A stretch of 64,000 nt of DNA from a virus (Duplodnaviria > Caudoviricetes), in the IMG/VR virus record IMGVR_UViG_3300021255_002539, positions 64,001 through 128,000 of that record, one strand, 5' to 3'. Position numbers and translations under genes: made by a program. Shown piece after piece: positions 33,148 through 42,610 of the stretch; positions within the stretch are counted from its first letter, which is position 1; the number at the start of each line of letters is the position of its first letter. The notes under the pieces are model-generated. The model was given only the letters and a program-made list of their open reading frames with translations. It did not search any database and had not been told where the DNA came from.

Positions 33148-33510
33148 AAGCTGAACATCACGAAGGAACAGTTCTAGAAATCCAGGTACTTCAAGAACAA
33201 GTATGGAACACTTGAATATGTGTCAGAATCCGGCAAGGTGTTCAAGACCAACAAAGGCAAGATTCTCAAGTTCAAGGAATCCAATGAATATGGTGATGGT
33301 AAATATGGTGAACTTAACGAAAAATTCCATGAGTTCATTGAAGGCAATTATTTGGAGGAACAAAGCCTTGTCGAAGATTGGGAAAAAGATAATACTTGGC
33401 TCTACGATGTAGGAAAAAAGGTACTCGCCAACCAACCATTAGATGTTGCCGATGTGGCAGTTATTGTAGATCTCATTCTTGGCTAGATGAAAGAAAATAT
33501 GGTTTCTTGA
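32800..33510 (+). CDS. Fused two-module late protein with internal start at 33142 (TAG=Gln at 33175, 33484)
   Basis: Single frame to TGA 33508; second module begins with the 47-aa leader shared with 36326. Confidence 0.6.
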
Positions 33511-33534
33511 CTTTACCTATCCACATAGATCAGA

Positions 33535-33572
33535 ATCGACCATCCTTTCGTTGGGGTGGCCGATTTTGTTTT
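33535..33572 (+). terminator. Rho-independent terminator
   Basis: ATCGACCATCC-tttcgttg-GGGTGGCCGAT followed by a T-tract. Confidence 0.6.
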
Positions 33573-33685
33573 GTAATATAATGCTGCAATTTCCAAGTGG
33601 ATAGGTAGATGCGCAACCAACCCCTAGATTCAAAGGAATTTTTCTTGCAATGGACTTGAACAATATTGTTTTTCCATGAGTTATT

Positions 33686-34747
33686 TCATACAGCATTGAG
33701 TTCCCGTATTGCGTCCTCTATGTCTATGTCCCCTATGTCAATAGATTGATACAACGATGCCGACAGCCACACTTGATCCAGAACACCCAACCTTTGCAGG
33801 AACTTGAATGTGGAATTTGCCGTAAGCCATTCCTTGTTGGTGCGCATGTCCTCGGCCTGTTCCTTGTCCTGTGGCTTCAGACCAGCCCTTCTCCTGACTT
33901 GAACCATCTCCTCTTTCAAGTCAGCTACAACCTTCATGCTGTCCAATATCTGATCATTGGTTTCCTCCAATCTCCTTCCAACAATCGACATCAATTGCTC
34001 GTTGGAATAGACATCCTTGTTGGATGCCTGCTCCAATATGGCATTGTGCTTGTAGAGGTTCTTGCTGAGGTCGAACAATGCCTCTTGCGCTTTCTTGCCG
34101 AACTCAAAAGCCTCCTCCCACGAGGACTCGTATTCGTCGTAGGGGTCGAACTCCATGTCCACCAACTGCGGTCCAGACAGCCACTCGTCGTTCATCAAGT
34201 CGTAGCAGCCACATGAACCCATGTCGGCGTAGATGTTGTTCTGGAAGTAGAACTCCAATGGGTGAGTCTTTGAGGGATCACCAACCATGATGTTATCCTC
34301 GGAATCCAGAATCCTGATGTCCTGCGTCTTCTTCCTCAAGTTGTTCAACTTCTCGGCGACATCCTCTGGCAAATCCACCTGGATGTGGATGTCAACGTCC
34401 CCATCGTCAGTGTATTGGTTGGAGCAAATTGAGCCAACGACATTAACGCCCTTCGCCTCCACATGATACTCGGCCAGAAACTTGTCCACCAACTCCAATG
34501 CCCGTTGCTTGATTTCGGGCTTAATCTTGAACTTCCCTTCCTCGACTTCGTCCCATATGTCAGGGCAAAGACCCTCAGAAACAGGATAGTCTATGCTGGA
34601 TTCCTTTTTGATGGTTTCTCCAACCAAACTGCCCCCGTGGATTGCTGGAGGCATTGGATCTCCACATCCACCAGACATTCCACCTGTCGCCATCACCAGG
34701 GGATTCACCGTGCCTACTATAGACTGTCCTTTCTTCTTGTTTTCCAT
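33686..34747 (-). CDS. Pol-beta superfamily nucleotidyltransferase
   Basis: VVGSICSNQYTDDGDVDIHI (hG[GS]...DxD), HPLEFYFQ, GCYDLMNDEWL motifs. Confidence 0.75.
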   Translation of the reverse strand: MENKKKGQSIVGTVNPLVMATGGMSGGCGDPMPPAIHGGSLVGETIKKESSIDYPVSEGLCPDIWDEVEEGKFKIKPEIKQRALELVDKFLAEYHVEAKGVNVVGSICSNQYTDDGDVDIHIQVDLPEDVAEKLNNLRKKTQDIRILDSEDNIMVGDPSKTHPLEFYFQNNIYADMGSCGCYDLMNDEWLSGPQLVDMEFDPYDEYESSWEEAFEFGKKAQEALFDLSKNLYKHNAILEQASNKDVYSNEQLMSIVGRRLEETNDQILDSMKVVADLKEEMVQVRRRAGLKPQDKEQAEDMRTNKEWLTANSTFKFLQRLGVLDQVWLSASLYQSIDIGDIDIEDAIRELNAV

Positions 34748-34749
34748 GT

Positions 34750-36231
34750 TCAGAACTCCATCTTGGTGATGCACTCCACCTGCCCACCCTTGCTGTCTGT
34801 GAGGGCTATTCCAATTGTCCTCTTGAAGAAGAAGTCGTACCAATGTCGCCTTCTCGCATAGCCCCTGTATCTTGACGATGGAACAAGCTTGTCGAACTTC
34901 TTGACATCACCAACGACATTTACTGGAACTGTTCCTGCCAACGCGATTCCAACCATTGTCTCACCTGACTTCCCTTCGCCATTCAACACCAGACCTGGCC
35001 TAGTCGTGACTATCGCATTGCAGGTGTGACCATCAGAGAGGGTCACTTCCTTCTCGCCGCCGAACATAACCAATGTACCAGGCTCGTATTGCTTGTCGGA
35101 CTTCCTGTATTCTGCCAAGTCTGCCCAGCGGGACCTCAACACAGTACCCACAATTTCCTTGTCGAATGTGGCTTGACCCAAGAACCTGGCGTTGTGGAAG
35201 AACCTACACTCGCCTATGAAGGAATTGTGGGTATAGAACCACGACCGTTCGCCATAGTGGAACTCGTTTCCATATACCTTCAAGACGCCATCCTTGTCGG
35301 GGTGGGCGGCCCTGACATTCTTCTGCGTAGCGCAATGTCCACTGCTCTAATCCAAGTCCTCGTAGTCCTTGTAGTCTATGCCCTGAGTGGACAACTCACC
35401 CTAGTTCAAGAACCTCTCCCTACTGCCAGAGTCCTTCTTCTTGTACACTTTGCCATCGTATTCGGGTATTTCGGAAATGTCAGTGAACTTGGTGTATCTG
35501 CCACCCACGAGTTTGAAGTAGTCGACGCCAGACCGCGGGTTCTGCTTCTCATCCTCCCCAATCTCCTGATATTCGTCCGTAACCAGAGGTTTGATGTCGA
35601 CTTCTCCATATGTTGGCACGTGATCCAGTTTCCAGTTAATCAACGCCTTGATAGCGTTGAACAACCACGCCAAGCTCATCTTTCTGGAGACATAGCCATT
35701 GTGGGAGCCATAGGCAGTAGCACCATCACCCAACCATTCAGACACCTCCAGGTACGAGCGCATGATGTTGTGGCGAAGGGTGTCTGTGTTCAGATTCGTT
35801 GGATCTTCCACTGGAATGTCCTTGGCGTGTTCATCATCGGAAGCATCGTATCCCTCTGGCATTTCGTCGTGTGGCAGAATGGACTTCTGATAGCCCTTGA
35901 ACTTCCTGTAGTCGAATGTGCGTTTCTTTGTGCGCTTAAGGTTCTCCACCGCCTCGCCCCACATGTCCATTTGCCACTTTGGATCAGACTCGTCCTGTGT
36001 ATAGTCCCCAATTGGACACCAATCCTGGTAGAAGTACGCATCATCTACCTTGTCCAATCCATACGACCATATCAGTTGCTTCTGGTAGATTTCGTCCAGG
36101 TTCTCCAGACGTTGCTGGGTCACCTGCTCCTGCGTTGAGCCAGATGGAACTGGATCGTCGTGGTGGTTGATGAACCTGCGAATCTATTCCTCTGGTCCCC
36201 AAAAAGGTATCTCTGAAATTCTGTTAATCAT
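34750..36231 (-). CDS. Tail-fibre/spike-like protein with C-terminal intramolecular chaperone (auto-cleavage) domain (TAG=Gln at 36184, 35401, 35347)
   Basis: WADLAEY...YEPGTLVMFGG...IVTTRPGLVLN...IALAGTVPVNV motif; joined frame; GTAAATA at 36260-36266. Confidence 0.7.
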
Positions 36232-36325
36232 GGCTACATTGCTCGTTGTTGTGCTATTCTATTTACCATTTGTCAATAATTATTGTAAATAACCATGTAC
36301 GACCTAATATGGGGGAAAACAAACA

Positions 36326-36640
36326 ATGAAGAAACTTAACATAACGAAGGAACAGTTCGAGAAGTCCAGGTACTTCAAGAACAAGTATGGAACACTTGAG
36401 TATGTAAGCGAAAGCGGCAAGGTGTTCAAGACGAACAAGGGCAAGTTGCTCAAGTTCAAGGAATCTATTGATTCTGAAGGCGATGATGTCATAGAAACCA
36501 TAGAAGAAGAACTCAATTCAATGGTCGATAAACTCAACGAACTCAAACATCTGGCGATTGAAAAACTCGAAGACAAAAAGCTGGCAAAAGACTTGGAAAA
36601 CCTTGAAAACCAGGTCGCTGAAGTGTACTACGATGTATAA
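36326..36640 (+). CDS. Small late protein: 47-aa shared leader plus coiled-coil cargo
   Basis: GTAAATA at 36285-36291; leader 45/47 identical to 33142-33282. Confidence 0.65.
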   Translation: MKKLNITKEQFEKSRYFKNKYGTLEYVSESGKVFKTNKGKLLKFKESIDSEGDDVIETIEEELNSMVDKLNELKHLAIEKLEDKKLAKDLENLENQVAEVYYDV

Positions 36641-36673
36641 AGCAAAAAGTTATTCAACATATTGAAATCAAAA

Positions 36674-36706
36674 CAAGAAGATGTACCTCTCGAGGTGCAT
36701 CTTTTG
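36674..36706. terminator. Rho-independent terminator between convergent genes
   Basis: AGATGTACCTC/GAGGTGCATCT stem with TTTT. Confidence 0.65.
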
Positions 36707-36710
36707 TCTA

Positions 36711-38696
36711 TCAGAACTCCGTCAGCACATTGTATTCTGCCTCTCCATCGTCCCATTCATCCCCATTTGCGAAGTCGAAGGTCTCGTTGATGGCGAAGAA
36801 CTCCCGCTTGCTTCCATGACCCCATTGTCTGTTTCCATAGAACAACTCGTCGTCTGGGATGTCCCTTTCTGTTGCAGCCAATTTCACGACCTTGTGTTCC
36901 TCCAGGTTGCCAAGTTGCGAGACAATGCCCTTGTTCGCCTCCAAGTTCACGGTCTACTCCAACAAGCTCTGGTCAAATGGGGATGTGTACACTACCTTCT
37001 CAGGAAGAACCCTGTCCATCTTCGTCTTGAATGCCTTTACCACCGAGTAGTGTTGGGTTATGACATCAGCAAACAGCAGGTACATTCCCCATATCCATGT
37101 CAGCATATAGTCGTCGTGGCACTTGTCCTTCGCAGCAAAAGTGATTGAGTTCGAGGTGTTCTTCCTGACGAATGTTCCCATCTCGTTCACCAGAAGTTCG
37201 TCGGGTATCGAGATTTCTATTTCGTCGGTCGTTATCAGCTCGTTGAGGAACATGCATGCCTCCAACTTCGTCTTGTTCTTGGACTTCACGCCATAGGTTA
37301 TCTCGCCATACTTGCCAGTTGGGGAAATAGCCTGCTCGTAGAACATTCTGTCCCTGGGGTAGTTGTAGGTATCCAACATGATGTCCACGAAACCAGAGCC
37401 AACGCCATTGTTCTCAACTATGAATGGAGGGAACGCATAGAGCTTCAGGAACTCGTATGTGGCATATCCGAAATCCACCAATGTCGCCTTTGAGCAAGAC
37501 ATACGCGCCACCAACTGGATGTGCTTGACATCTGTGACATCCCAGACATTTGCCACAGACGAGTCGTTGCCAGTTCCCTCAGAGATGTCCCCAGAAGCAG
37601 CATATGTCCTGGTTGGGTCAAACGGCTTCCAGAAGTTCGCGGTTATTTCCTTGTCTGGGTTCTTGGAGAGGTTCAACTGGGCTGGCTTGGGGTAGTTCTT
37701 CAAGTTCATTCGGAAATGCTCTATGTCCTCAGATGGGACAAGCGAGGCGTCGCCAGCAGACTTGAACTCGCACTCAAACTCCTGCAACCACCTATTCATT
37801 CCAATCGTGGCAATCTGCTGCCGCTTCCATTCCTCGTCACGACCAGGAACATCATACCACAAGAATCGGAAAGCCTTCCAGTTCTCAGCCTGCACGATGT
37901 TGGGGTCAGTAGCCTGCTGCCAAGTGTCGTAGAACAGGTTGTTGGAGGTTCCGTTTGGCGTGGATACCATGATTGCCTTTGAGTCCTTTGAGGACGAAAG
38001 CACAGGGAACACGGAAGCCATGAACTCGTCTGCTATTCCTTTAGGAATGAAGGCCGCCTCATCCATCACGAGAACATTGGCTGAGAAACCACGACAGCCG
38101 CTTGAACCAGTTGCAAAGCACCTGATTATCGAATTGTTCTCGAATTCTATGCACTTCTTGTTGTATGTAGTGACACCTATCTTGATTTCGGATGGGCAGT
38201 ATTCATAGCCCAATCTGATTCTGTCCATGATTTCAATGGCTATGTCCAGCTTGTTGCCACATACCATTATTCGCTTGTCTGGATGGTACATGGCATACCA
38301 AAGGAGAAATACTGTGTATATCGTAGTATTATGAGACAGTATGCCATTCGTCAGGTAGAGGTGGTTACTATCGTCTGACAACTAAACATCATACATATGC
38401 TTTGACTTTCCTATGTTGTCCACCTAAACAACTTTCACAAGTCCATCCTTGCATCTAATGTCCAATCCATCAGAATCCTTTGCAAAAACCTGATTGCCCA
38501 TCTTGTCTATGAATATGTGATTGTCTGCACATTCCAATGTAGTGCCATCCGAGAATCTAACCAGGTATGTCTCGTACTTTACGGTCTTTCCGACATACTA
38601 TATGTCGTTCCACACCACATCCCCTTCTTCGTCAAGAGATGCAATCTACCAGTTCTTCAACGAGAATAATCCTATGAACTTCTTAATCGGATTCAT
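36711..38696 (-). CDS. terL: Large terminase C-terminal half fused to split-intein C-fragment (IntC 38328-38696, 123 aa) (TAG=Gln at 38646, 38598, 38424, 38382, 36954)
   Basis: Own ATG at 38696; Hint motifs LECADNHIF, MYDV, YLTNGILSHN|T; then gp17 ATPase (VMDEAAF, VSTPNG) and nuclease (GDISEGTGNDSS, HDDYML). Confidence 0.85.
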
Positions 38697-39858
38697 CTTC
38701 ACACCTCGCAATGAAATCCAAGCACTTGGCTATTGCCTACTGTCTATTGCTCTTGTATTCCTCATCTGTCACGACGAGAATCTTGTAGCCCTTTGATGCA
38801 ATTTCCCTTCTTCGCATCTCATCATACTCCTTGTTTACCTCGCCATGCCAGTGCAATCCATCATATTCAACTACACACATCGTTTCAGGTATGCAATAGT
38901 CCAAGTAGAAGCATCTGCCGTTGTCGCGCTCAAAAACCAATTCGTTGTTCTGCTTGTCTCCGTTTAATGCAAACCACGCCTTGTGTTCCTTGTTCGTTCT
39001 CTTGGCTTCAATCTCCCAGAACATCGCCTATGACTCGTAGCTGAATCCATTTACTGGTGGAATGTGCGGACACTTTGATTTGTTGATGTCAAACATCTCT
39101 TGTTCTGACCTATTGTATAGAGAGCGAATCCATCTTCTCTGCCTATCTTCGTAAATTCGCTTACCTTCCTCCTCGCCATACTTCTCAATGCACTTCTCCA
39201 ATGTGAATGTGCGTTGCCGCTCACTCAACTTCTTCTTCGCCTCCTCTTCTGAATACCCTTTGTTGAGCCAATATTCCAAAGATGTCGTATGCACTATGCT
39301 CGCGTTGTTTTTCTTGGCGCGATTGAATGCAGCATCCTCTTTCTGCTCGTCGGTCATGTTTTCATAGCCAACGAAGTTCTTCGAGAATGGCGAGAACTTT
39401 CCACCGTGGTTATAATATGGATTCTTCACTTCCATCAATTCATGATATGCCTTCTTCTGGAATTCCTCGCTATCCGGAAAACACAATCTACACAACTCCT
39501 TGGAATTTACTGTCTTTGGATGTTCCAACTACCAAGGAAGCACACTGTCAAAAAACACATCGAAATCAGTATCGTTGAACTATCTACAGTGTGAAACTAT
39601 TCTATGGAATACATTGAACTGACTATTCCAGATGTTCTACTTGTGCAATTTCCCTATCTTGGCATATACTCGCTTTAGGTACTTCTCAACAATTTCAATC
39701 GCAATTCCTGAGAACTTGGTGGAAGAACCGACTCGTTCACTCAACACCATCCACTCAACATCCGTAAGCCCATGCTCTTTCAATAGATGCTTGCGTATGG
39801 AATTGGACTTGAACTCCTTGCCACAATATGGACATTCTATCTCGATATTCTTAAACAT
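38683..39858 (-). mobile_element. Free-standing Vsr/DUF559-like homing endonuclease (391 aa; TAG=Gln at 39637, 39580, 39529, 39028, 38737)
   Basis: N-terminal CPYCG..HLLKEH zinc finger, GYSEEEAK..Q.TFTLEKCIEKYGEEEG repeats, C-terminal YLDY...VVEYDGLHWH...GYKILVV; different frame from both terminase halves; TAA stop. Confidence 0.75.
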
Positions 39859-39893
39859 TGGTAATTCCCCACTTGTCGTGTTGTCATTACTAT

Positions 39894-40391
39894 TTACACC
39901 TTTCTCCCAAAAAACTTCGCCAACCAATACAACACGCCAATCGGAATTGGAATCTTCAGCCACTTAAACCACCTATGACGAACCCACACTATCGTTCCGA
40001 AGGACACACACTTTCCCACCTAACGTGACGCACAGACAATTGCTCTATTGTTGTCCTGGATGAACTTCAACAACTCGGCCTGCTTTGGATATGGATTGAG
40101 CGTCACCAAGCCATCCTTCAACGACACAATCTTGAAGTACTTGCGGCAGAAATATAGAATGTCCTGCTTGCATTTCCTGATTTCCCTGGCTCGACGCTTG
40201 AATTCCTCTGGAGTCAGAATCTCCTTCTCGCCGGCCTTCTTGATTGAAGCAAGCTCCCCAGTTGGATTGCCCGACTTCTTCTGTTGCTGAACCAACTATG
40301 CAGACGCCAATTGAGGGCCTTGTGGCTTTTCCTACCCAAGATCCAGATTCTCGAACTTGTCGATTGTCGGCTTCTCTATTCCTAATCCCAT
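39894..40391 (-). CDS. terL: Large terminase N-terminal fragment (127 aa) fused to 38-aa split-intein N-fragment (39897-40010) (TAG=Gln at 40332, 40296, 40020)
   Basis: KCKQDILYFCRKYFKI..LNPYPKQ..CASR[TAG]VGK|CVSFGTIV...; ends at TAA 39894. Confidence 0.85.
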
Positions 40392-40394
40392 ATA

Positions 40395-41114
40395 TCACGC
40401 TTTGAGTCCCCTCGTTGGACTTGGAAGAACCAATGAATTGCCTTTAGTGGAATGCCTCACAAGATATGTGAATATGTCATGTGGATCGTTTAGTGTGGAA
40501 GGGACAATGAAATTGCAATCGTATTTCTGATATTCATCTGGAATGCCGTTTGCGAGGAAGTCCCTCATCAAATTATGTTCCAATTCAGACATCAAGTGCG
40601 TGTCCATGCCACGGTGATACCAGAATGCGAACTCGTCGAGGATGAGGGTGTTGTTTCTGTCGTGCCAATCCACGCAAGTCAAGGCGTGTGGCGAGACGAA
40701 GTGTATTCTTTCTGAATCGAGGTCGAATCCACCCGTGTTGGAGACGTTTGCGAACAATTCCCCTACCCTTTTCGCCATTGCCATGTTTGGTTCTACAATC
40801 CAGACTTTGTGATCCGGGAAAAACAGATTCTTCCAATACACGAACACGTTGTTCGCAGTAGAGATTCCAACCTGGCGTCCCTTCGCGCAGAAGAAATAGT
40901 CCCTTGCCGTGGACACTCTCTTGAGATATTCCCTTTGCTCAGGCGAGAGCTGAATGGCGTTTCCCAAATGGTCTCTGACCACGAGGTACTTGTCCACGAA
41001 ATAGAGAATGTCGTCCTTGCATCTCTCGAATCCCGTCCGAGAGTCGATTGCAAACGTTGGCGTTACGGCAAGCGCAACCAACGAGCCAATAAACTGTTTT
41101 CTGTTCATGTCCAT
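40395..41114 (-). CDS. Truncated terminase-ATPase paralogue with degenerate Walker A and Tat-like N-terminal leader
   Basis: CKDDILYFVDKY, LSPEQREYL, KGRQVGIST, LILDEFAFW, IVPSTLN; no nuclease domain; MNRKQFIGSLVALAVTPTFA leader. Confidence 0.7.
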   Translation of the reverse strand: MDMNRKQFIGSLVALAVTPTFAIDSRTGFERCKDDILYFVDKYLVVRDHLGNAIQLSPEQREYLKRVSTARDYFFCAKGRQVGISTANNVFVYWKNLFFPDHKVWIVEPNMAMAKRVGELFANVSNTGGFDLDSERIHFVSPHALTCVDWHDRNNTLILDEFAFWYHRGMDTHLMSELEHNLMRDFLANGIPDEYQKYDCNFIVPSTLNDPHDIFTYLVRHSTKGNSLVLPSPTRGLKA

Positions 41115-41162
41115 ACTTCAATTATACAATTTCCAAATTAAGGTATTTACACAGAAGCAAGC

Positions 41163-41200
41163 AAAAGGTTGGTTCGAGGATTTCGACCCCGAACCAACCA
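41163..41200 (-). terminator. Rho-independent terminator after AAA ATPase
   Basis: GGTTGGTTCG...CGAACCAACC stem with T-tract on the minus strand. Confidence 0.6.
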
Positions 41201-41259
41201 GTGTTGTTGTGAGGTGGGTTCCCCCGAAAGGAGTAGAGGGAACCCGGAGATTGGAACCA

Positions 41260-42384
41260 TCAAACCTCGTAGTCTTCGTTGAGGTTCTTGCCGAACTTCG
41301 CCCTCCACTCCTTGTACTTGGGGTGGCGCATGAGGTTCATCACTGCGGTGCCCTTGGGGATGCGCTCGGTTCCCTCACGGGCCTGAGTCATCGCGGTGGT
41401 GGCGAAGGCGGGCGGAAGTCCCATCGAGATGCGGAGGAAGCCATCAACGAGCTTCTTGGTCTCGGCCTCGTCCTTGCCCCGCCAGATGTGGTAGACCATC
41501 GCAGAGGTGAGTGCGAACTTGAGGTCGTCGCGGCTCGGGATGACAACCTTCTTGCTGGGGTTAATCATCATCTCGTAGACATTCTCCAGGTTGTTGGCAA
41601 TCTTGAAGAACTCCATGAACTGCTGACCAGTAGGGACGCCAACCAGACCATAGACTGCCTTGCGAAGCAGGGTCTCGTTCTTGAGAATCTTGCACATCTC
41701 GGAGACGCGCTCCCAAGAACGCGGGGTCGGGAAGCCACGCTCCAGGTTCTGGTCGTCCACGCTGAGAAGGAGCTGGGGCTTGAACTGGATGAAGCCAACG
41801 ACCGCCGGATGGACGCCATGCATGACCGCCCAAGTGATCCAATCCTGGGCATCCGCCTCAATCTCCAGGTGCATCATGCGGTTCGCAAGTGCGCTGGACA
41901 TCGTGGTGGAGACGGCGCGGTCGCAAGAACGGTTGCCTGCAGCCACGATAATCCACTTGGACGGAACCTTGTAGATGTCGCCACCACCAAGCTGGCGGTC
42001 GAGAATGAGCTCGTAGGAAGCCACCTGGACATCCTTCGGCGCGGCGCTCAACTCGTCGAGGAAGATGATGCCACCCTTGGAGTTGTCGGTGGGGAAGATG
42101 GAAGAGGGTAACCATTGCACACAATGGTTATCCTTGTCGGGAAGGGGGAGACCACGGATGTCGATGCTCTCCATCTGAGCGAGACGGACATCCACGAAGC
42201 CAAGACCCATTTCCTTGGCGAGGGACTTGACGATGGTGGACTTGCCAACACCAGGCGCACCCCACACCATCACCGGGGGAAGCGAGGACGAGAGGGACTC
42301 GTCCGCCTGAACACCCTCAAGCGAAGAACGAAGAATGTCCTTCAGCTCGTTCGCGTGAACCACATTGTGCGTATCTATTGCCAT
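41260..42384 (-). CDS. MoxR-like AAA+ ATPase (early)
   Basis: WGAPGVGKS, IDIRGLP, IIFLDEL, AAGNR, ALANRM, FPTPRSWE motifs; AGGAG RBS; GC-rich codon use, no TAG. Confidence 0.85.
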   Translation of the reverse strand: MAIDTHNVVHANELKDILRSSLEGVQADESLSSSLPPVMVWGAPGVGKSTIVKSLAKEMGLGFVDVRLAQMESIDIRGLPLPDKDNHCVQWLPSSIFPTDNSKGGIIFLDELSAAPKDVQVASYELILDRQLGGGDIYKVPSKWIIVAAGNRSCDRAVSTTMSSALANRMMHLEIEADAQDWITWAVMHGVHPAVVGFIQFKPQLLLSVDDQNLERGFPTPRSWERVSEMCKILKNETLLRKAVYGLVGVPTGQQFMEFFKIANNLENVYEMMINPSKKVVIPSRDDLKFALTSAMVYHIWRGKDEAETKKLVDGFLRISMGLPPAFATTAMTQAREGTERIPKGTAVMNLMRHPKYKEWRAKFGKNLNEDYEV

Positions 42385-42443
42385 TTGCTTTTACTCCTTA
42401 GTGGCGAACTCATGGGCATCGCCTTTTCCCTCACAACGCACAT

Positions 42444-42473
42444 ATTATAGCATATTTAGCTGGGAAAAGTCAA
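42444..42473 (-). promoter_or_regulatory. Sigma70-type early promoter TTGACT-N18-TATAAT with extended -10
   Basis: Near-consensus hexamers; same architecture as 8767-8796. Confidence 0.75.
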
Positions 42474-42502
42474 TAGGGTTTCAAAACTTTTTCTGAGTTT
42501 AT

Positions 42503-42610
42503 ATTTGATGAAAAACGAAGAAAAACGCCCGGAAATTGGAAGATTTGGATTGGAAGTTCAATTGGATAGACGAAAACCAATTTAGTTTTCCAATTTCCGG
42601 GCCATCAAAT
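42503..42610. repeat. Long intergenic inverted repeat (15-bp perfect arms 42527-42541/42588-42602; outer 8-bp arms 42503-42510/42603-42610)
   Basis: GCCCGGAAATTGGAA / TTCCAATTTCCGGGC and ATTTGATG / CATCAAAT. Confidence 0.75.

Noticed and set aside
33175-33177. TAG aligned to GAG (Glu) in the paralogous leader, suggesting TAG=Glu
   Set aside because: A single conservative Q/E site; conserved-motif positions (SRQxGK, GT11 Gln) indicate Gln
38328-40010. Single contiguous intein with an internal endonuclease, or a group I intron
   Set aside because: IntN ends in TAA, the endonuclease is in another frame with its own start and stop, and IntC has its own ATG; there is almost no non-coding space for an intron core
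41160-41260. Possible tRNA (GGTTCGA motif, hairpins)
   Set aside because: No cloverleaf or acceptor stem; better explained as terminator hairpins. No suppressor tRNA was seen in this window
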